Below, piece by piece: positions 1-14,160 of a stretch of DNA of 64,000 nt. The DNA is from Camelus ferus (taxonomy: Eukaryota): assembly GCF_009834535.1 (NCBI RefSeq), contig NC_045697.1, positions 70,310,001 through 70,374,000 on the forward strand, given 5' to 3'. A model generated the notes under the pieces. That model saw nothing but the letters and a program-made list of their open reading frames with translations. It was not told the origin of the DNA and ran no database searches. The first letter of the stretch is position 1. The number at the start of each line of letters is the position of its first letter. Made by a program: the position numbers and the translations under genes.

Positions 1-210
1 TCTTGCGTTTAAGGAACTTACATTCTTGTAATGAGATGGAGTTGGGTAAGGACACAGATAGAGAACAAACAAGTAAACTATATCAAATGTCTGAGGGTAA
101 GCACTATGAAGAAAACAGGTCTGGATGGGGGAATGTGGAGTGCTGGGCAGAGGCTGCAGTTTTAGAGGGATTGTCATGGAAGACCTCACTGAGAAGGTGA
201 CTTTTGAGCC
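1..210 (-). mobile_element. L2 LINE fragment
   Basis: Recalled L2 motif ...cctcactgagaaggtgacttttgagc. Confidence 0.6.
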
Positions 211-234
211 ATGAACAGATAAGTATTAAAATAC

Positions 235-2230
235 ACACACATTTAAAAAAATAATCTCAAACTTACAGAATAATTACAATACAATACAAAGAACTCTTTT
301 ATTCCATAAACCATCTCACAGTAAGTAGCTGACCTGATACCCATCACCCCCAAATACTTTGAGGTATATTCTTTATAAACAAGGATATTCTTCTACATAA
401 CTGCAGGATAACAATCAAAACCAGGACATTACCATTCCTACATCACTACCATCAAATCCACATTAAGTCCACAGACCCCACTCAAGTTTCTCCATTTGCC
501 TCAAAAATGTCCTCTATTGCAAACGGATGAAGTTATAGAATCATGGATTGCATTTAGCTGCCATGTTTTGTTTTTTTCATCCTCAGACTGGAATAATCCA
601 TCAGCCTTTCTTTGAATTTCATGACTGACACTTTTTTTAAGATTATAGACCACTTATTTTGTAAAATACCTCCCAGTTTGAATTTGTCTGTTGTTCCCTC
701 ATGATTATGTTCAGATGCTGCAGCTTTAATGGGAATATCACAAGGATGATGCTCTGTTCTCAATGTGTTCTTTCCGGTGGCTCATGATTTCAGTTTGTCC
801 CAATATTGATGCCATTTACTTGGATCAGGTGATTAAGGGATAGATGGCCAGGTTTCTCCACTGTGAAGTTATTTCTCTTCTTTTTGTAATACGTGTTTTA
901 TGGAGAGGTGCTTTGAAATTTTGCTCCTCATTCTATTTCTTATCAAACTTTTTATCTATCATCTAGCTAGCTAGCTATATTGCTGAATCCATGATTTCTT
1001 ATTTTATTCAATGCATTGTAAGTTTTACTACCATTGTTTACCCTTGTGACTAATGTTCCCAGATTTGGCTGGTAGGAGCCCCTTCCAGCGGATGCAGTGT
1101 GTTTTTGACATGTTCCTATCTCTCTGGAGCATTTCTTTGGGAGGAAAAGACACCCAGGCTCATTTTGTGCTTTGCTAATCCTATTTCTGGAATCAGTTAT
1201 TTTTTCAAAGAGCCCTTATCCCTTTCGTTGGAGACTGATGTATAAGCCATGATCCAGGTGCTTGGTGTGCCAATTGCTGTTGGGAGTGGGGTGGCAGTGG
1301 GAGTGATCACTGCTCCAGGGCCTTATCAGTGGTTATAGAGAGGGAATATACTATGTGGCATATACATGTGCACACACAGCTACATACACACAGATATATA
1401 AACACACATGCACATATTTACAACTGCATTAATTCCCACAGCCATCTATAAGTATCTATGAGTTTGATACCTTCAATTCCAATCAAACAACACAGAATTC
1501 ATTCTAGTTTTCTTCCATGTCACGTTTCTTTGATCCATCTGCTGCAGCCCCTGCCCCATGTGAAGCACCCCCATCCCAGCCCCAGGCCTAGGCTTTGATT
1601 CCCTGCACTAGGCTACTTTCCTCCTGCTACAAATGCACATTCCTCCCTCAGGCTTATCTACACCCGGCCAGGTCACTTCCCCTGCACAGATGATCTGCTC
1701 ACCTCTCCTGGGCTTCAGCACCCTGCACTGAGCCTTTCTCTGTGCTGATGGCCTCTTTATCCTGTTTGAGCTCTGACAATTCCATCTGGGTCTTCTTCCC
1801 CGATGTGGATTCCCTCCTCAACCCACTCTGGCTCTGAAACCCTATACCAAAGACCCCATGTGTGGACATCCTCTTCGGGCTCCGAATCCCTGCCTGAGCT
1901 GTCGTCCCAGGTTCATTTGAAAGCCTTCCTCACCCAGTTTCTGACTCCAACACCTGATACCAGGTTGCTTTCACTCCAGCATGGCAACCTTACTCTTTTG
2001 GGCTCCAAGGCCCCATGCCGGGACTCTGTCCTCATGTGGAGGTCTTCCTCACTCCACTTGGGAGCTGACATCTCCCTCCAGGCCCCTATCCCTGCATGGA
2101 TGCCCCCCTCACCCTTCTCACGCTCCGACACCACGACCTGGACCACCACTTCCCAATGTGGATGCTCTTCTCATTCCTCGTGGGCTCTGACACCGCATGC
2201 AAATCAGTCCCTTTATGTGGATCCCTGCCT
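235..2230 (-). mobile_element. Old L1 (L1MC-like) 3' region including a degenerate ~60-bp tandem array at ~1540-2230
   Basis: Antisense L1M 3'UTR motifs (aacttacagaa..., cccagatttggctggtaggagcc); recurring unit tgtggatgc..cctcac...ggctctgaca. Confidence 0.6.
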
Positions 2231-2349
2231 CCTCACCTAGCATCTTTAGGCCTGAGTTGTTCAGAAAGAGGAAGGGGATTGGGAGGGAAGGCACATGAAA
2301 GGGCGTGGTTGGAGAAGAGAAAGTTGAGCAATTGTTATTTTTAAATTTT

Positions 2350-2468
2350 GGTTTTTTATTGAAGTGTAGTTGATTTACAATGTGAGTTTCAGGTCTACAG
2401 CAAAGCAATTCAGTTATACGTATATATGCACATATATAAATACATATATTTTCAGATTCTCTTCCATG
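2350..2468 (-). mobile_element. Artiodactyl-type L1 3' end fragment
   Basis: ttttattgaagtgtagttgatttacaatgtg...gattctcttccat, an antisense L1 3'UTR terminus. Confidence 0.7.
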
Positions 2469-2519
2469 AGAAATTATTTTTTAATAAGCAAAAATAATAT
2501 GTGTATGTCATGGTACCAT

Positions 2520-2865
2520 GCTCTCTTAGTCCACCCGGTACAGACTGGGTACCTCATAAACAACAAGCATTTCGATCTCACAGTCATGGAGGCGGGAAGT
2601 CTGAGATCTAGGTGCCCGTGTGGTCAGGTGCTGGCGAAAGCCCTCTCTGGGTTGCAGAGAGCTGGCTTTTGCTCTGTCCTTCCCACATGGTGGAAGGGGA
2701 AAGGATCTGTTTGGAGTCCCTTTATAAGGGCACTAATCCCATTCCTCAGGACTCTGCCCTCATGACCTAATAATCTCCTTCCAAAGTCTCCACCTCCTAA
2801 TTCCATCATCTTGAGGATTAGCATTTCAACGTCTGAATTTTGGAGGGACACAGACATCCATGCCA
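2520..2865 (-). mobile_element. MaLR solo LTR (MLT1A-like)
   Basis: Motifs ctcacagtcatggaggcgggaagtctgagatc, tttataagggcactaatcccatt, tgaattttggagggacac. Confidence 0.8.
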
Positions 2866-4071
2866 ATCTGGAATTAGCCTTCAATTTGAATCAGACCAAC
2901 TTTTGTTTTTAAGCCCCTGAAGAAAATAGTTGCCATGAATCTCAATCCCTTGTTCTGAAAAAGAGGATTTGAGTCACCCTCAGGCCACAGGAACTAACAT
3001 TTTCATGCACAATCAAGTTTAGTGACTAGGAAGTCCTAGACCACACATCTGAAAAGACAGGGATGTGGGGGACAATGAGGAAAAGCTGAACCATTGAAAA
3101 GTAACGTTTACTAACATGTGATGAATATGATGGCCAAAGTACAGAACCAATCCACTAACAAACATTTACAGAGTGTTTGCTGAGACACAGAGAATTACTA
3201 TCGACCAAGCTTTTCATATTTCAATAGTCTCTTAAGATTTCTGTTTATAATAACACAGCAACACTCATAAAGCTGAATGAGTCATCCATGAAAGGCAAAG
3301 TGAAGTTCCATTTACTTTGTCTATAAAAGCAGGAAGGTATAAAATACACACATTAGATGGATTTCAAAAAATGGCTGACAATTATTTAGTGCTTAAGTTT
3401 TAGTTATCTGGGAAATGTACATATGGAAAAACTCCATTTATAAGAATCATCAGAAAATAAAGTGCTATTGTTTGTATTAGAGCCAAGTCAAACTCGAGGC
3501 CCTGCACTGTCATTACCTTCAGCCAGCTGCTGGACCTTGGGGTAGTCATTGTACTTCTTAAGACTCTCTGCTTCCTTGGCTATAAAATAAAGGAGTTGGT
3601 CTGAATTAACTCAAAGATAATTGCCAACTCTAAAATTCTATATCTTAAAGCAGATTAATGTATGGGCTTTTTATCTCACAAAAAGAGCTTGAAATGTATA
3701 CAAGTCATTAAATGGTAAAGTATATTGTGCAGGTAATTGCCCAATGGGGCAGAGATACTAGAAATGGAATCTTCACTCACAAGACACCTGCGCAAGTCTA
3801 AGAATAAGGTCTGGTTTTCTCTTAACTGGTACAAAATTTGAGTATTGGTATATGGAATCCGTAAATAATTTATCATTCGTGACTTACATTAGAGAGCAGG
3901 TGTTAGAATTTTCCAAAAGGTAATTTCCCGCTGCAACTTGTCTTTCCCAATGTATAAAGCATTAGAAAGCTCCCTGGACTAGGGATCAGAATAACTAATA
4001 TTTGTGTCGTGCTTCCTCTATTAATACTTCTAACTCCCATTTTGTCTTCTTTCTTTGTTTCTTTTTTCCTT

Positions 4072-4391
4072 CTTTTTTTTAAAATGAGGTATGGTTGATT
4101 TAAAAACGTATTAGTTTCTGGTGTACAGCATAGTGATTCAGTTATACATATATATTATTTTTATATTCTTATTCATTATAGGTTATTGCAAGTTATTAAA
4201 TATAGTTACTTACAAAACAGAAACAGACTCACAGGCATAGAAAACAAACTTACAGCTACCAAAGGGGAAAGGTTGAGGAAGGATAAATTGAGAGTTTGGG
4301 ATTAGCAAATGCAGACTGCTATACACAGAACAGATAAACAACAAGGTCCTACTGTACAGCACAGGGAACTATATTCAGTACCTTGTAATAA
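4072..4391 (-). mobile_element. 5'-truncated and 5'-inverted L1 3' end
   Basis: PolyT plus antisense 3'UTR terminus (4072-4207) joined to the sense-orientation upstream 3'UTR segment (4208-4391). Confidence 0.75.
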
Positions 4392-7300
4392 TCCCCTTCT
4401 TTCCTAATGTCCACTTCCCTAGTCTGGCTGCTCAAGGACATAGTTTTAGGGTCTTTATTTGAGTGTATTCTTCCCTGACTTAGGGCAACCATATTTCCTG
4501 ACTTAGGATGTTGAACTAGAGAATATCAATACTGATTTAGATAAAAGGGGACCTGAAAAAGAAAGACCATACCAAGAGATCCCAAGAGGCAGAGCCAGTT
4601 AGTGACAGACCACATGTTTGCTCAAATTATGGGGAACAGATAAATTGAAAAGGTTAAGGAGAAAAGAGAGAAAAAATGAGCATGGAAGCGCAAAGAAACA
4701 TTAAGTTACTTTCACAGCTACTGGGACGTAGTGTCATCGTCTTACTACCAACTGCAACTTACAAATTAAAAGACTAATACTCAGAAGGGTAAATGACTTA
4801 TTTTCCAGAGGTCACATGACTAATTACTATTACAGTTATTTTGGAACCTCACTTTTTTGACCTCTGAACTAGTTCTCTTTCTACTACACTGCACCAACAG
4901 TACTGGCTCTGCCACTGGCCTGGTGAGTCAATTAATCTCTCTGAGTCTCAGTTTCCAGTTCTGCAAAATGGAGGTAAAATACAAGCATTACCCTACTTCA
5001 TTGGGATTGTTTTAATGCTACATAAATATTTTATTTCTTATGTTTTATAGTTTATAAATGGACAATGATGCATGCTTTCACACAGTTTAGTTCTTATGAA
5101 AGTGCTATAAATCAAGTAAGCGTGTATGCAAAAAGAGGTGCATTGTAATTATCACATGGTTCTCCTTCCATATACTGCTTCCCATCTCTGAAGCTGTTGA
5201 AACTCTTCAGATTTAGTTATGATTTAAAGGTTGTCCAGTGAGACATTTCAAACAGGGGCTGTAATCTCTGTTAATACTTAAAATGAAATAAAGGCATAAT
5301 GGGAATTTTATAACCTATGATCTCCAAATTCTTCAAACAGACTTTCAGGGCCACTAATAATCTGTCCACCATGACTTACAACATTCATGTAAACATCCTC
5401 CAACTTTATTATCCCCAAGCCTAGGTGAATTCTTTCTCCATGTAGACCTCTTTAGGGGGCTCCACTAATGGTCAGTTCTATACCTGTGTCTTACCCCACA
5501 TTCAGTTTCCCCTGCCTAGAATACACTTTATCCATACCCTATCCTTTCAGGTATAGCCTCATATATGGGTTTTGTTCTTCAATTGGTAGGCAATTTTTTA
5601 AGAGAAGTTTTAGGTTCACAGCAATATTAAGAGGAAGATACAGAGATTTCCCATGTGTCCCCCACACTCCCCGATTATAACCATCCCCCACCAGAGCGGT
5701 ACCTTTGTTTTGGCTAATGAATTTACGTTGACACATCATAATTACTCAAAGTCCATAATTTACGTTAGGGTTCACTCTTGATATTGTACATTTTATGGGT
5801 TTGGACAAATGTATAATGTTTTCATGAATGCAATATTGTACAGAGTAGTCTCACTGCTCTAAAACTCCTCTGTGTTCTGTCTATTCATAGCCACTCCTCT
5901 CTAATCATACAACATGCAGCCTTTTCAGGTTGGCTTCTTTCACTTACGTACATGTGTTTGAGTTTTCTCTATGTCTTTTCATGACTTGATAGCTCATCTT
6001 TTTAGGGCTGAATAATATTCCCTCTTCCAAGTGTACTACAGTTTAGTTATCCATTCACCTACTGAACGGCATTTTTAACTGCTTCTTAGTTTTGGCAAAT
6101 ATGAATATAGCTGCTATAAATATCTGTGTGTAGGTTTTTATATGGACAAAAGGTTTCAACTCCTTTGGGTAAATATCTACAAGTACAGTTTCTGAGTCAT
6201 ATAGTATATTTAGTTTTGTAATAAACTGACATGCTGTCTTCCAAAGTGGCTGTACCATTTTTTATTACCACCAGCAGGGAATGAGAGTTCTTGTTGCTCC
6301 ACATCCCTGCCAGCATTTGGATTTTGGCCATTCTAATAAGTGTGTAGTGATATCTCATTATTGTTTTAATTTACATTTCTTTGATGACATGTGATGTGGA
6401 ATATCTTTTCATAAGCTTATTTGCCATCTGTTTATCTTCTTTGCTGAAGTGGTTGTTAAGGTCTTTGGCCCATTTTTAATTGGTTGTTTGTTTTCTTATT
6501 GTTGAGTTTTAAGACTTCTTGGCATATTTTGGATAACAGTCCTTTTTCAGATATGTCTTTTGCAAATATTTTCTCCCAGTCTGTGGCTTGTGTCTTTATT
6601 CTTTTGACAGTGGTTTTCACAAAGCAAAACATTTTAATTTTAATGAAGTCCATCTTATCAATTCTTTCTTTCATGGATTGGGCCTTTGATTTCATGTCTA
6701 AAATGTTATCACCAAGCCCAGGGTCATCCACATTTTCTCCTACGTAATCTTCTAAGAGTTTTTAAGTCTTATTTTACATTTAGGTCTGTGTTAATTTTTG
6801 TGAAGAGTGTGAGGTCTGTGTCTAGATTCATTTTCACGTGGATGTCCAATCTTTCTAGCACCCGTCTACTGAAAAGACTATCTTTTCTCCATTCTCCAAT
6901 TGCTCCTTCATCAACGATTGCTGACCATATTTATGTGAGTTTATTTCTGGGCTCTCTGTTCTGTTCCACTGATCTATTTGTTTATTCTTTCACTAATGCT
7001 ACACTGTCTTCATTACTGAAGGTTTATAGTAAATCTTGAAGTTCATTAGTGTCAGTCCTCCACCTTTGTTCTTTTCCTTCAATACTGTGTTGGCTATTCT
7101 GGGTATTTTGCCTCTCAGTGCAAGCCTTAGAATTAGTTTGCCATTATTTACAAAATAGTTTCCTGGGAGTTTGATTAAAATTGCTGAATCTACAGATCAA
7201 TTTGGAAATAATTGACACCCTGATGATAGTGAGTCTTTTCTATGTATGAATACGGATTATCTCTTTATTTATTTAGTTCTTGATTTCTTTCATCAGTGTT

Positions 7301-8323
7301 TTGTAGTTTTCTTCATATAGATCTTCTATATGTTACATTTATGCCAAGATATTTCATTTTTGGGGTGCTAACACAAATGTTGTTTTGTTTTACTTTCAAA
7401 TTTCACTCGTTCCTTGCTGGTGTATAGGAAAGCAATTGACTGTTGTATGTTAATCTTGTATCCTGAGACCTTGCTATACTTTATTATTAGTTCTAATTTT
7501 GGTCAGTTATTTCAGAATTTCTACATAGATGATCATGCCATTTGCAAACAAAGACACTTTTACTTCTTCTCAATCTGTACATCTTTCATTTCCTTTGTTG
7601 GGGGGTCTTATTGAGTTAGCTCAGACTTCCAATACAAAGTCCAAAGGGAGTGGTGAGAAGGTACATCCTTGCATTTTTTCTTAATCCTAGTGAGAAAGCT
7701 TCTAGGTCCTCACCATTCAGTATGATGTTACCTGAAGGATTTCTGCAGATATTCTTTATTAAATTGAGGAAACTCCCCTCTATTCTTAATTTATTGAGAG
7801 TTTTTATCATGGGTTTTGGATTTTGTAAAATGCTTTTTCTGCGTCTATTGATATGATGTTTTCCTCTTCAGCCTGTTGATGTGATGGATTACATTGATTG
7901 ATTTTTGAATGCTAAACCATCCCTGCATACCTGGGATGCATCCCACTTGGTTGGGATGTATGATTCTTTTTATACACTGTTGGATTTGTTTAGATAATAT
8001 TTTGTTGAGGATATTTCCATCTATGTTCATGGGAGGTATTGATCTGTAGTTTTCTTTTCTTGTAATGTCTTCATCCAGTTTGGGGGTTGAGGCAATGCTA
8101 ACCACATGGAGTTAGGAAATATTCTCTCTGCTTTTATCTTCTGAAAGACGTTATAGAGAATTGGTAAAACTTCTTTAAATGTTTGCTAGAATTCACCAGT
8201 GGAATCATTTGGGCCCAGTGCTTCTGTTTTTTGAAGATTTTTAATTTTTATTGAATTTCTTTAGTAAATACAGGCTTATTCATATTGTCTATTTCTTCTT
8301 GTGTGAGATTTGACAAATTGTGT

Positions 8324-8432
8324 CTTGCTCAGTGCAGGGTTGCCACAAACCTTCAACTTGTAAAACAATGCAATATTGAAATATCGTTGAAGTACAATAA
8401 AGCAAAATACAATAAAATGAGGTATGCTTGTA
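8324..8432 (+). mobile_element. Tigger1-like DNA transposon 3' end inserted in the L1
   Basis: gcagggttgccacaaaccttcaa...caataaaatgaggtatgcttgTA, recalled Tigger1 terminus ending in TA. Confidence 0.75.
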
Positions 8433-10584
8433 TTAGTAATTTGTGTCTTCTTTCTCTTTTTCTTATTCTAGCTAGAGGTTTATTGATATCATGGATCTTT
8501 TCAAAGGGCCAACTTTTAGTTTCATTGATTTTTTTCCCTTTGATTCCCTGTTTTCAATTTTATGTATGTATGCTGGAATTTTTAGTATTTCTTTTCTTCT
8601 ACTTACTTTGGGTTTAATTTGCTTCCTTTTTTTTTTTTCTAGTTTTCAAAGATGGAGGCTTGAATGATTGATTTTTGATCTTTCTTTTTTCTAATGTATG
8701 TATTTTAATGCTATAAATTGCCCTCTAAGCACTACTTTTGCTACCTCCCACAAGTTTTGCTAAGTCTTGTTTTTCATTTATTTCAAAACATTTTTGAATT
8801 CCTCTTGAGATTTCTTCTTTGACCTATGTGTTGTTTAGAAGTGTGTTGTTTAATCGCAACATAATTGGAGGGATTTTCCAGATACCTTTCTGTTACTGAG
8901 ATCTATTTATATTCCATTGTTTGTGGGCAAACTTTTTGTGATTTCTATTCTTTTAAATTTGTTAAGGTGTGTTTTATGGCTCATAATGTGATCTGCCTTG
9001 GTGAATGGTTCATGTGAGCTTGAGAAGAATGAATGTGTATTCTGCTGTTGTTGAATGAAGTAGTCTATAGATGTTCATTATATCTATAAATCATGGCAGT
9101 ATTGCTGAGTACTATGGCATTACTGATTTTTGCCTGGTGGATCTGTCCATTTCTGATAGAAGGGTCTTGAAGTCTCCAACTATAGTTGTGGATTCATCTA
9201 TTTCTCCTTGCAGTTCTATTACTTTTTGCCTTATATCTTTTGGTGTGTTGTTGTTAGGCACATACACATTAAGGATTGTTACAGCTTCTTGAGAATTGAC
9301 CCCTTTTTCATTATGTAATGCCCTTTTTTTACCTCTCATAACTTTCCTTGGTCTAAATTCTGCTTTGTCTGAAATTAATATAGCTACTCCCACTTTCTTT
9401 TGATTAGTGTTAGAATGGTATATCTTTCTCCACGCATTTACTTTTATTCTATATGTGTTTCTATGTTTAAAGTGGCTTTCTTGTAGACAACGTATAGTTG
9501 GGTCTTGTTTTTCTGATCTATTCTGACAAAACTGTCTATTAATTTAAGCATTTAGAACATAGATGTTTAAAATAATTATTGATATAGTTTTATTTGTATC
9601 TACCATATTTGTTACTATTTTCTATTTGTTGCCCTTCTTAGCTCCAATTTTGTCTTCCACTCTTCTCTTTCTTTTGTGGTTTTAATTGAGCATTTTATAT
9701 CATTCCATTTTCTCTCCTTTCTTAGCATATCAGTTGTTCTTTTTTCAATATTTTTATGGTTACTGTAGAGTTTACAGTATACATTTACAACTAATCTCAG
9801 TTCACTTTTGAATAACACTGTACAGCTTATGTGTAATGTGAATACCTTATAATAGCAAAACAATCCCAACCCCTCCCTCCCATCCCTTGGATCATTGCTG
9901 TCATTCATTTCACTCATATATAAACATATATATGTATATATACATATATAATACATCATTGCTAATTATTTTGATAAAAGCTATTATCTGTTAGATCACA
10001 TAAGAATAAGAAAAATAAGAGTATTTATTTAATCTTGCCTTATTCTTTTCCTGGTGCTCTTCTTTTTTTCATGTAGATAAGAGTTTCTAACCTATATCAT
10101 TTTCCTTCTCTCTAAAGAACTTATTTTAAAATTTCTTGTAAACCAGGCCTAATGGCAACAAATTCCCTCAATTTTTGTTTGTCTGAGAAGTCTTTCTTTC
10201 TCCTTCACTTTGAGGAATAATTATTCAGGTAGAGAATTTGAGCTTGGTGGGATTTCTTCTCTGCCCTTTAAATGTTTTACTCCACTCTCTTCTTTCTTGC
10301 ATGGTTGCTGTGGAGCAGTTGGCTGTAATTCTTATCTCTTCTCCTCCGTAAGTAAGTGGTTTTCCCCCTCTGGCTTCTCTCAGAATTTTGTCTTTATCTT
10401 TGATTTTCTGTAGTTTGAAGGCGATATGCCTAACTATCATTTTTGGGGGGCAGTTATTCTTCTTGGTGTTCTCTGAGATTCCCGGATCTGTGGTTTGGTA
10501 TGTGACATTAATTAAGAGAAATTCTCAGTCATTGCTATTTCAAATATTTCTTCTGTCCTTTTCCCTTTCTTCTCCTTCTGGTAT

Positions 10585-10598
10585 TATATATATATATA

Positions 10599-10630
<32 letters not shown>

Positions 10631-10647
10631 AAGAGAGAGAGAGAGAT
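10585..10647. repeat. (TA)n/(GA)n microsatellite
   Basis: Directly visible. Confidence 0.9.
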
Positions 10648-13111
10648 ATCACATATTTTGTAGTTGTTCTTGGATATCCTGGGTTTTTTTTGGGGGGGGG
10701 TTCTCTTTGATTTTCAGTTTTGGAGCTTTATATTGAGATATCTTCAAGCTCAGAGATTCTTTCCTCAGCCACATTCAGGCTACTGTTAAGCCCATTCAAG
10801 GCATCCTTCATTTCTCTTACAGTGGTTTTTAATCTTTAGTATTTCTTTTTGGTTCTTTCTTTAAATTTCCATTTCTCTGCTTACATTGCCCATTTGTTTT
10901 TGCATGCTGTCTACTTTATCCATTAGAGACCTCTGCATATTAATCATAGTTGTTTTTAATTCTCTGTCTGATATTTCCAATATCTCTGTCATATCTTTGG
11001 TTCAGATGCTTGCTCTGTCTTTTCAAACTGTGTTTTTTACCATTTAGTGTACCTTGTAATTTTTTTTCTTTATAGCTGGATATGGTGTATTGGGCAAAAG
11101 GAGTTGCTGTAAATAGGACTTTAGTAATATAGTGGTAAGGTGTTGGGATAGGGGATGTGTTCTATAGCCCTGTGATTAGGTCTCAGTCTTTTAGTGAATC
11201 TGTGTCTCACGTAATGATCCATCTTGATCATTTACATTTCCACTGAATGGAAAAAATAGGTAATGCTTGAACATTACCCTCATTTGCAAGGATCTCTGGC
11301 AAGTCATCTTGTCTCTCTAAGGGTGTTTTCTAGTGATAGTAATATTTACCTTGCAGAGATGTTTCCAGAATAAAATAATTCATGTAAGGGCATTTTGTGA
11401 ATTCAAGTGTTATACCAATGTAAGGAGTTAAAAAGTTGCTATTTTGCAAACATGTCCATATGTTAACATTTTAATGCCTACAAAGAAATACTAAAATTTC
11501 CCAACATTCTGCTGTTTGTTTAAGAATGTAATCTAAGTTATATATATAAAAAAAAGAAAAAGTCCCCAGTGGAATTCAAGAAAGCTACTTTGAGATTAAA
11601 AATATGAATCCTATGATTTTTTTTTCCCTTGAATTGGGCCATGTGTTTGAAAAGTCTCAATAAAGCATATGGCTATCCATCCCAGGTTCACATCTCCCCT
11701 CTGTGACCCTGAAAGCCACCCACCACAGACTATTCCATTTCCACGACTTCCACTAATCCATCCTAGTTCCTCAAAACCTCACAGAATATCCCTGACTATA
11801 GACTGCTCCTCAAATATTTGAAGAGAGAAGTGTATTCCTCTTGCTAGGTTTTCAAAATTTTTACCAGTCTGACCACTGCTCATCGGATATTTTTAGTTTT
11901 CTATTTTTCTCTTGGTGTCTAGAATAGAGCAGAGTATTCCAGATATGATATGAATAATACAGAAAGGGTTACTTTCCTCATTCTAGGCCCTGTACTTCTA
12001 TTAATATGCTGTTAATTCATATTAAAGTTTTAGCTAAAATCTTGACCTTTTTTTTTAAATAATAGCTGGTGTCTGAGCCATGTTTTACCCATTCTGTTTT
12101 CCTACAATGGCTTTTTAAGATTCAACTGATGGAATTTAACCTATTCTTTGCAGATTTTGTCTGGTCAGATGCAAACAAAAGTGAAAGAGTATAGGAGACA
12201 TTTTTGCTTCCCAACTTTCCATTTCCTGTGAACCGTATCCTAACTTCTTGCCTGTCCTCAGGCCATGAAAAATCCAAGAGCAGCGCACCTGAATCCCCAG
12301 CATTGGCTTTCCTTGTATTTGAACTGATTTGAGTAGGTTCCTGTTCTTTGCACTGAAAACAACCTTTGCTAGAACACAGGGTTAACCCAACTAGGGCTCA
12401 CTTTACTCATCCTTAGTCTGCAGGACTGGAGACCAGCCTAAGGAGTTGTCCCAAACCGAAAGATCAGGAATTGCGGAAACCTTGACTGAACAACCACCAG
12501 AATACAAGAAAATACTCCTGTATATTTTCTCTCTCTTGTACTGAAAATAGAAAAAACAACTGTATAAAAGGATCATTTATGGGGAGGTGGGGAATGCATG
12601 AATATATGGTAAACAAAGCTCCGGACTGGGAGTTAGGGGACACTGATTATTATGCTAATCCTGCTGCACTCAGGTTGTGTGACTGGGGCCAATCACAGCA
12701 TTCCCAGGCTTCAGTTTCTTCAAGTTTGAAAATTAGAGTTAGGTAGATTGTATATTTATCTAAGGTGTCTTTCAGCTTGAAATGTCAGCTTTCGGTGTAG
12801 CTCTGGCAGCACACACATATCACCACCTTGCCATTCCCTGTAGCAGCTCTCTTTATTCTTGCTTTGGTTTCTGTGTTTGAACGATATTCCTCCCCAAGTC
12901 CTGGAGACAGCCAGGATTTCACAGTGTATAACCATTATTCATGGATTCAAGACCTTTCCCCTCCCTCTTTATTCTGTATCCAATCTCTTTTTCTCCTCTG
13001 AACACATGAAAACCTTCTTCATCCTTGTTCTTTGACTTTGATCAAGTCCATTTCTGCTTTGTCAGATCCTCCCAGGCCTAAGGTGAAATCTAGGTTCAGA
13101 GGCAACTATGC

Positions 13112-13163
13112 ATGGAGGAAACTCGACTTGTCACATTGTATCAGCAAAAAACAACAGACGTGG
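13112..13163 (+). CDS. Putative coding exon 1 (MEETRLVTLYQQKTTDV+G) of an uncharacterised Sel1-like-repeat membrane protein gene; the exon probably begins at 13066
   Basis: Acceptor tttctgctttgtcag| at 13065; in-frame upstream TAG at 13091; ATG at 13112 with +4 G; donor TGG|gttagt. The phase-1 end matches the phase-1 start of the 20960 exon. This is the least certain exon. Confidence 0.55.
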
Positions 13164-13339
13164 GTTAGTTAACTAGAAACAAGTTTGTGGATATTTTCTG
13201 CATAAATCCAATCCTTGATAAAGTTATTTTTTTGTTGTTTATTTCTATGGTTTTGATAGATCTTTTTATGCTTACATTTCTTTATAGTTAAGTAAAAGTC
13301 ATTTAGTATGTTTATATATATTCATGTGTATGCTTAATA

Positions 13340-14160
13340 TTTTAAAATAATTTTTAAATAAATAATACAGAACGTATTATAAAATTCAAAAGGTGCAAAA
13401 GGCATACAATCCATCTCATCTACTGTCCACCCTGTTTCCTAGATACTTATTTTCCCTATTCAGAAGCAATCACTACCTATATCAGCAGTTTTTTTAAGTG
13501 AGAATGTCTAGAAATATTCTGCCCACACATAAGCATATACACATAAATATAGTCACAAATATATGTCTGTTATAGTTATTATTGCTGTTGTAATTATTTT
13601 GTTCCCTAATGGTATCATACTATGTAATAAAGCATTTTTCTCCATTTACCAACAAGTCTTGGCTCTGATTGCCACAGCAGCATTTGGAGAGCTTCCTGGT
13701 TTATTTTAACAGCTTCATAGTATTCCATTGTTTGGATGTATCAGAATGGACTTAATTAGTTCTCTATTGCTGTTGCAGTTAATATCCTTTTACTTTTCTT
13801 GTTTTGTGCATGTATGTAACCATCCACAGGACCAATTTCTAGAGATAGAGTTGCTGTGTCAAAGGACAGGTGCATGTGTGATCTTCTAAATAGATGGATA
13901 CTTCTAAATTTCACCCTCCAAAAAATGATTGTCCCAATGTACATCCCCACAAGCAGTATAAAAGGGCATGTTTACCCAATACACAGTGAATTTTCAAACT
14001 TTTTGGGTTCTGCCAATTTGACAGATGAAAGATGGTATCTCACTATTGTTTTAAATTGCATTCTTTTATTGCCAGTGAGGCTGGCCATCTTTTCATGTGC
14101 TTAAAGACTATTTGTCTTTCCATTGTATTCATTATCAGTTAGTATCATCTGCCAGTGTTT
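13340..14160 (-). mobile_element. Old L1 (L1ME-like) 3' fragment
   Basis: Antisense L1 motifs tagtattccattg and gatggtatctcactattgttttaaattgcatt. Confidence 0.65.

Larger units (their letters stand above)
5590..11205 (-). mobile_element. Long degraded L1 (L1MC-like) with ORF2 RT and EN remnants and an ORF1 remnant
   Basis: Minus-strand peptides [20 protein letters not shown]...[20 protein letters not shown] (RT), GVAILISDK...IVGDFKTLLSEMDRS (EN) and KDKDKILREAR...IRITAN (ORF1); many stops and frameshifts. Confidence 0.93.

Noticed and set aside
1803..2240. 145-aa ORF and CRISPR-like periodicity
   Set aside because: A degenerate tandem repeat in mammalian DNA, with no identical repeats separated by unique spacers and no cas genes.
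6055..10440. Multiple minus-strand ORFs with RT, EN and ORF1 similarity
   Set aside because: Fragmented remnants of one dead L1, not a functional gene.
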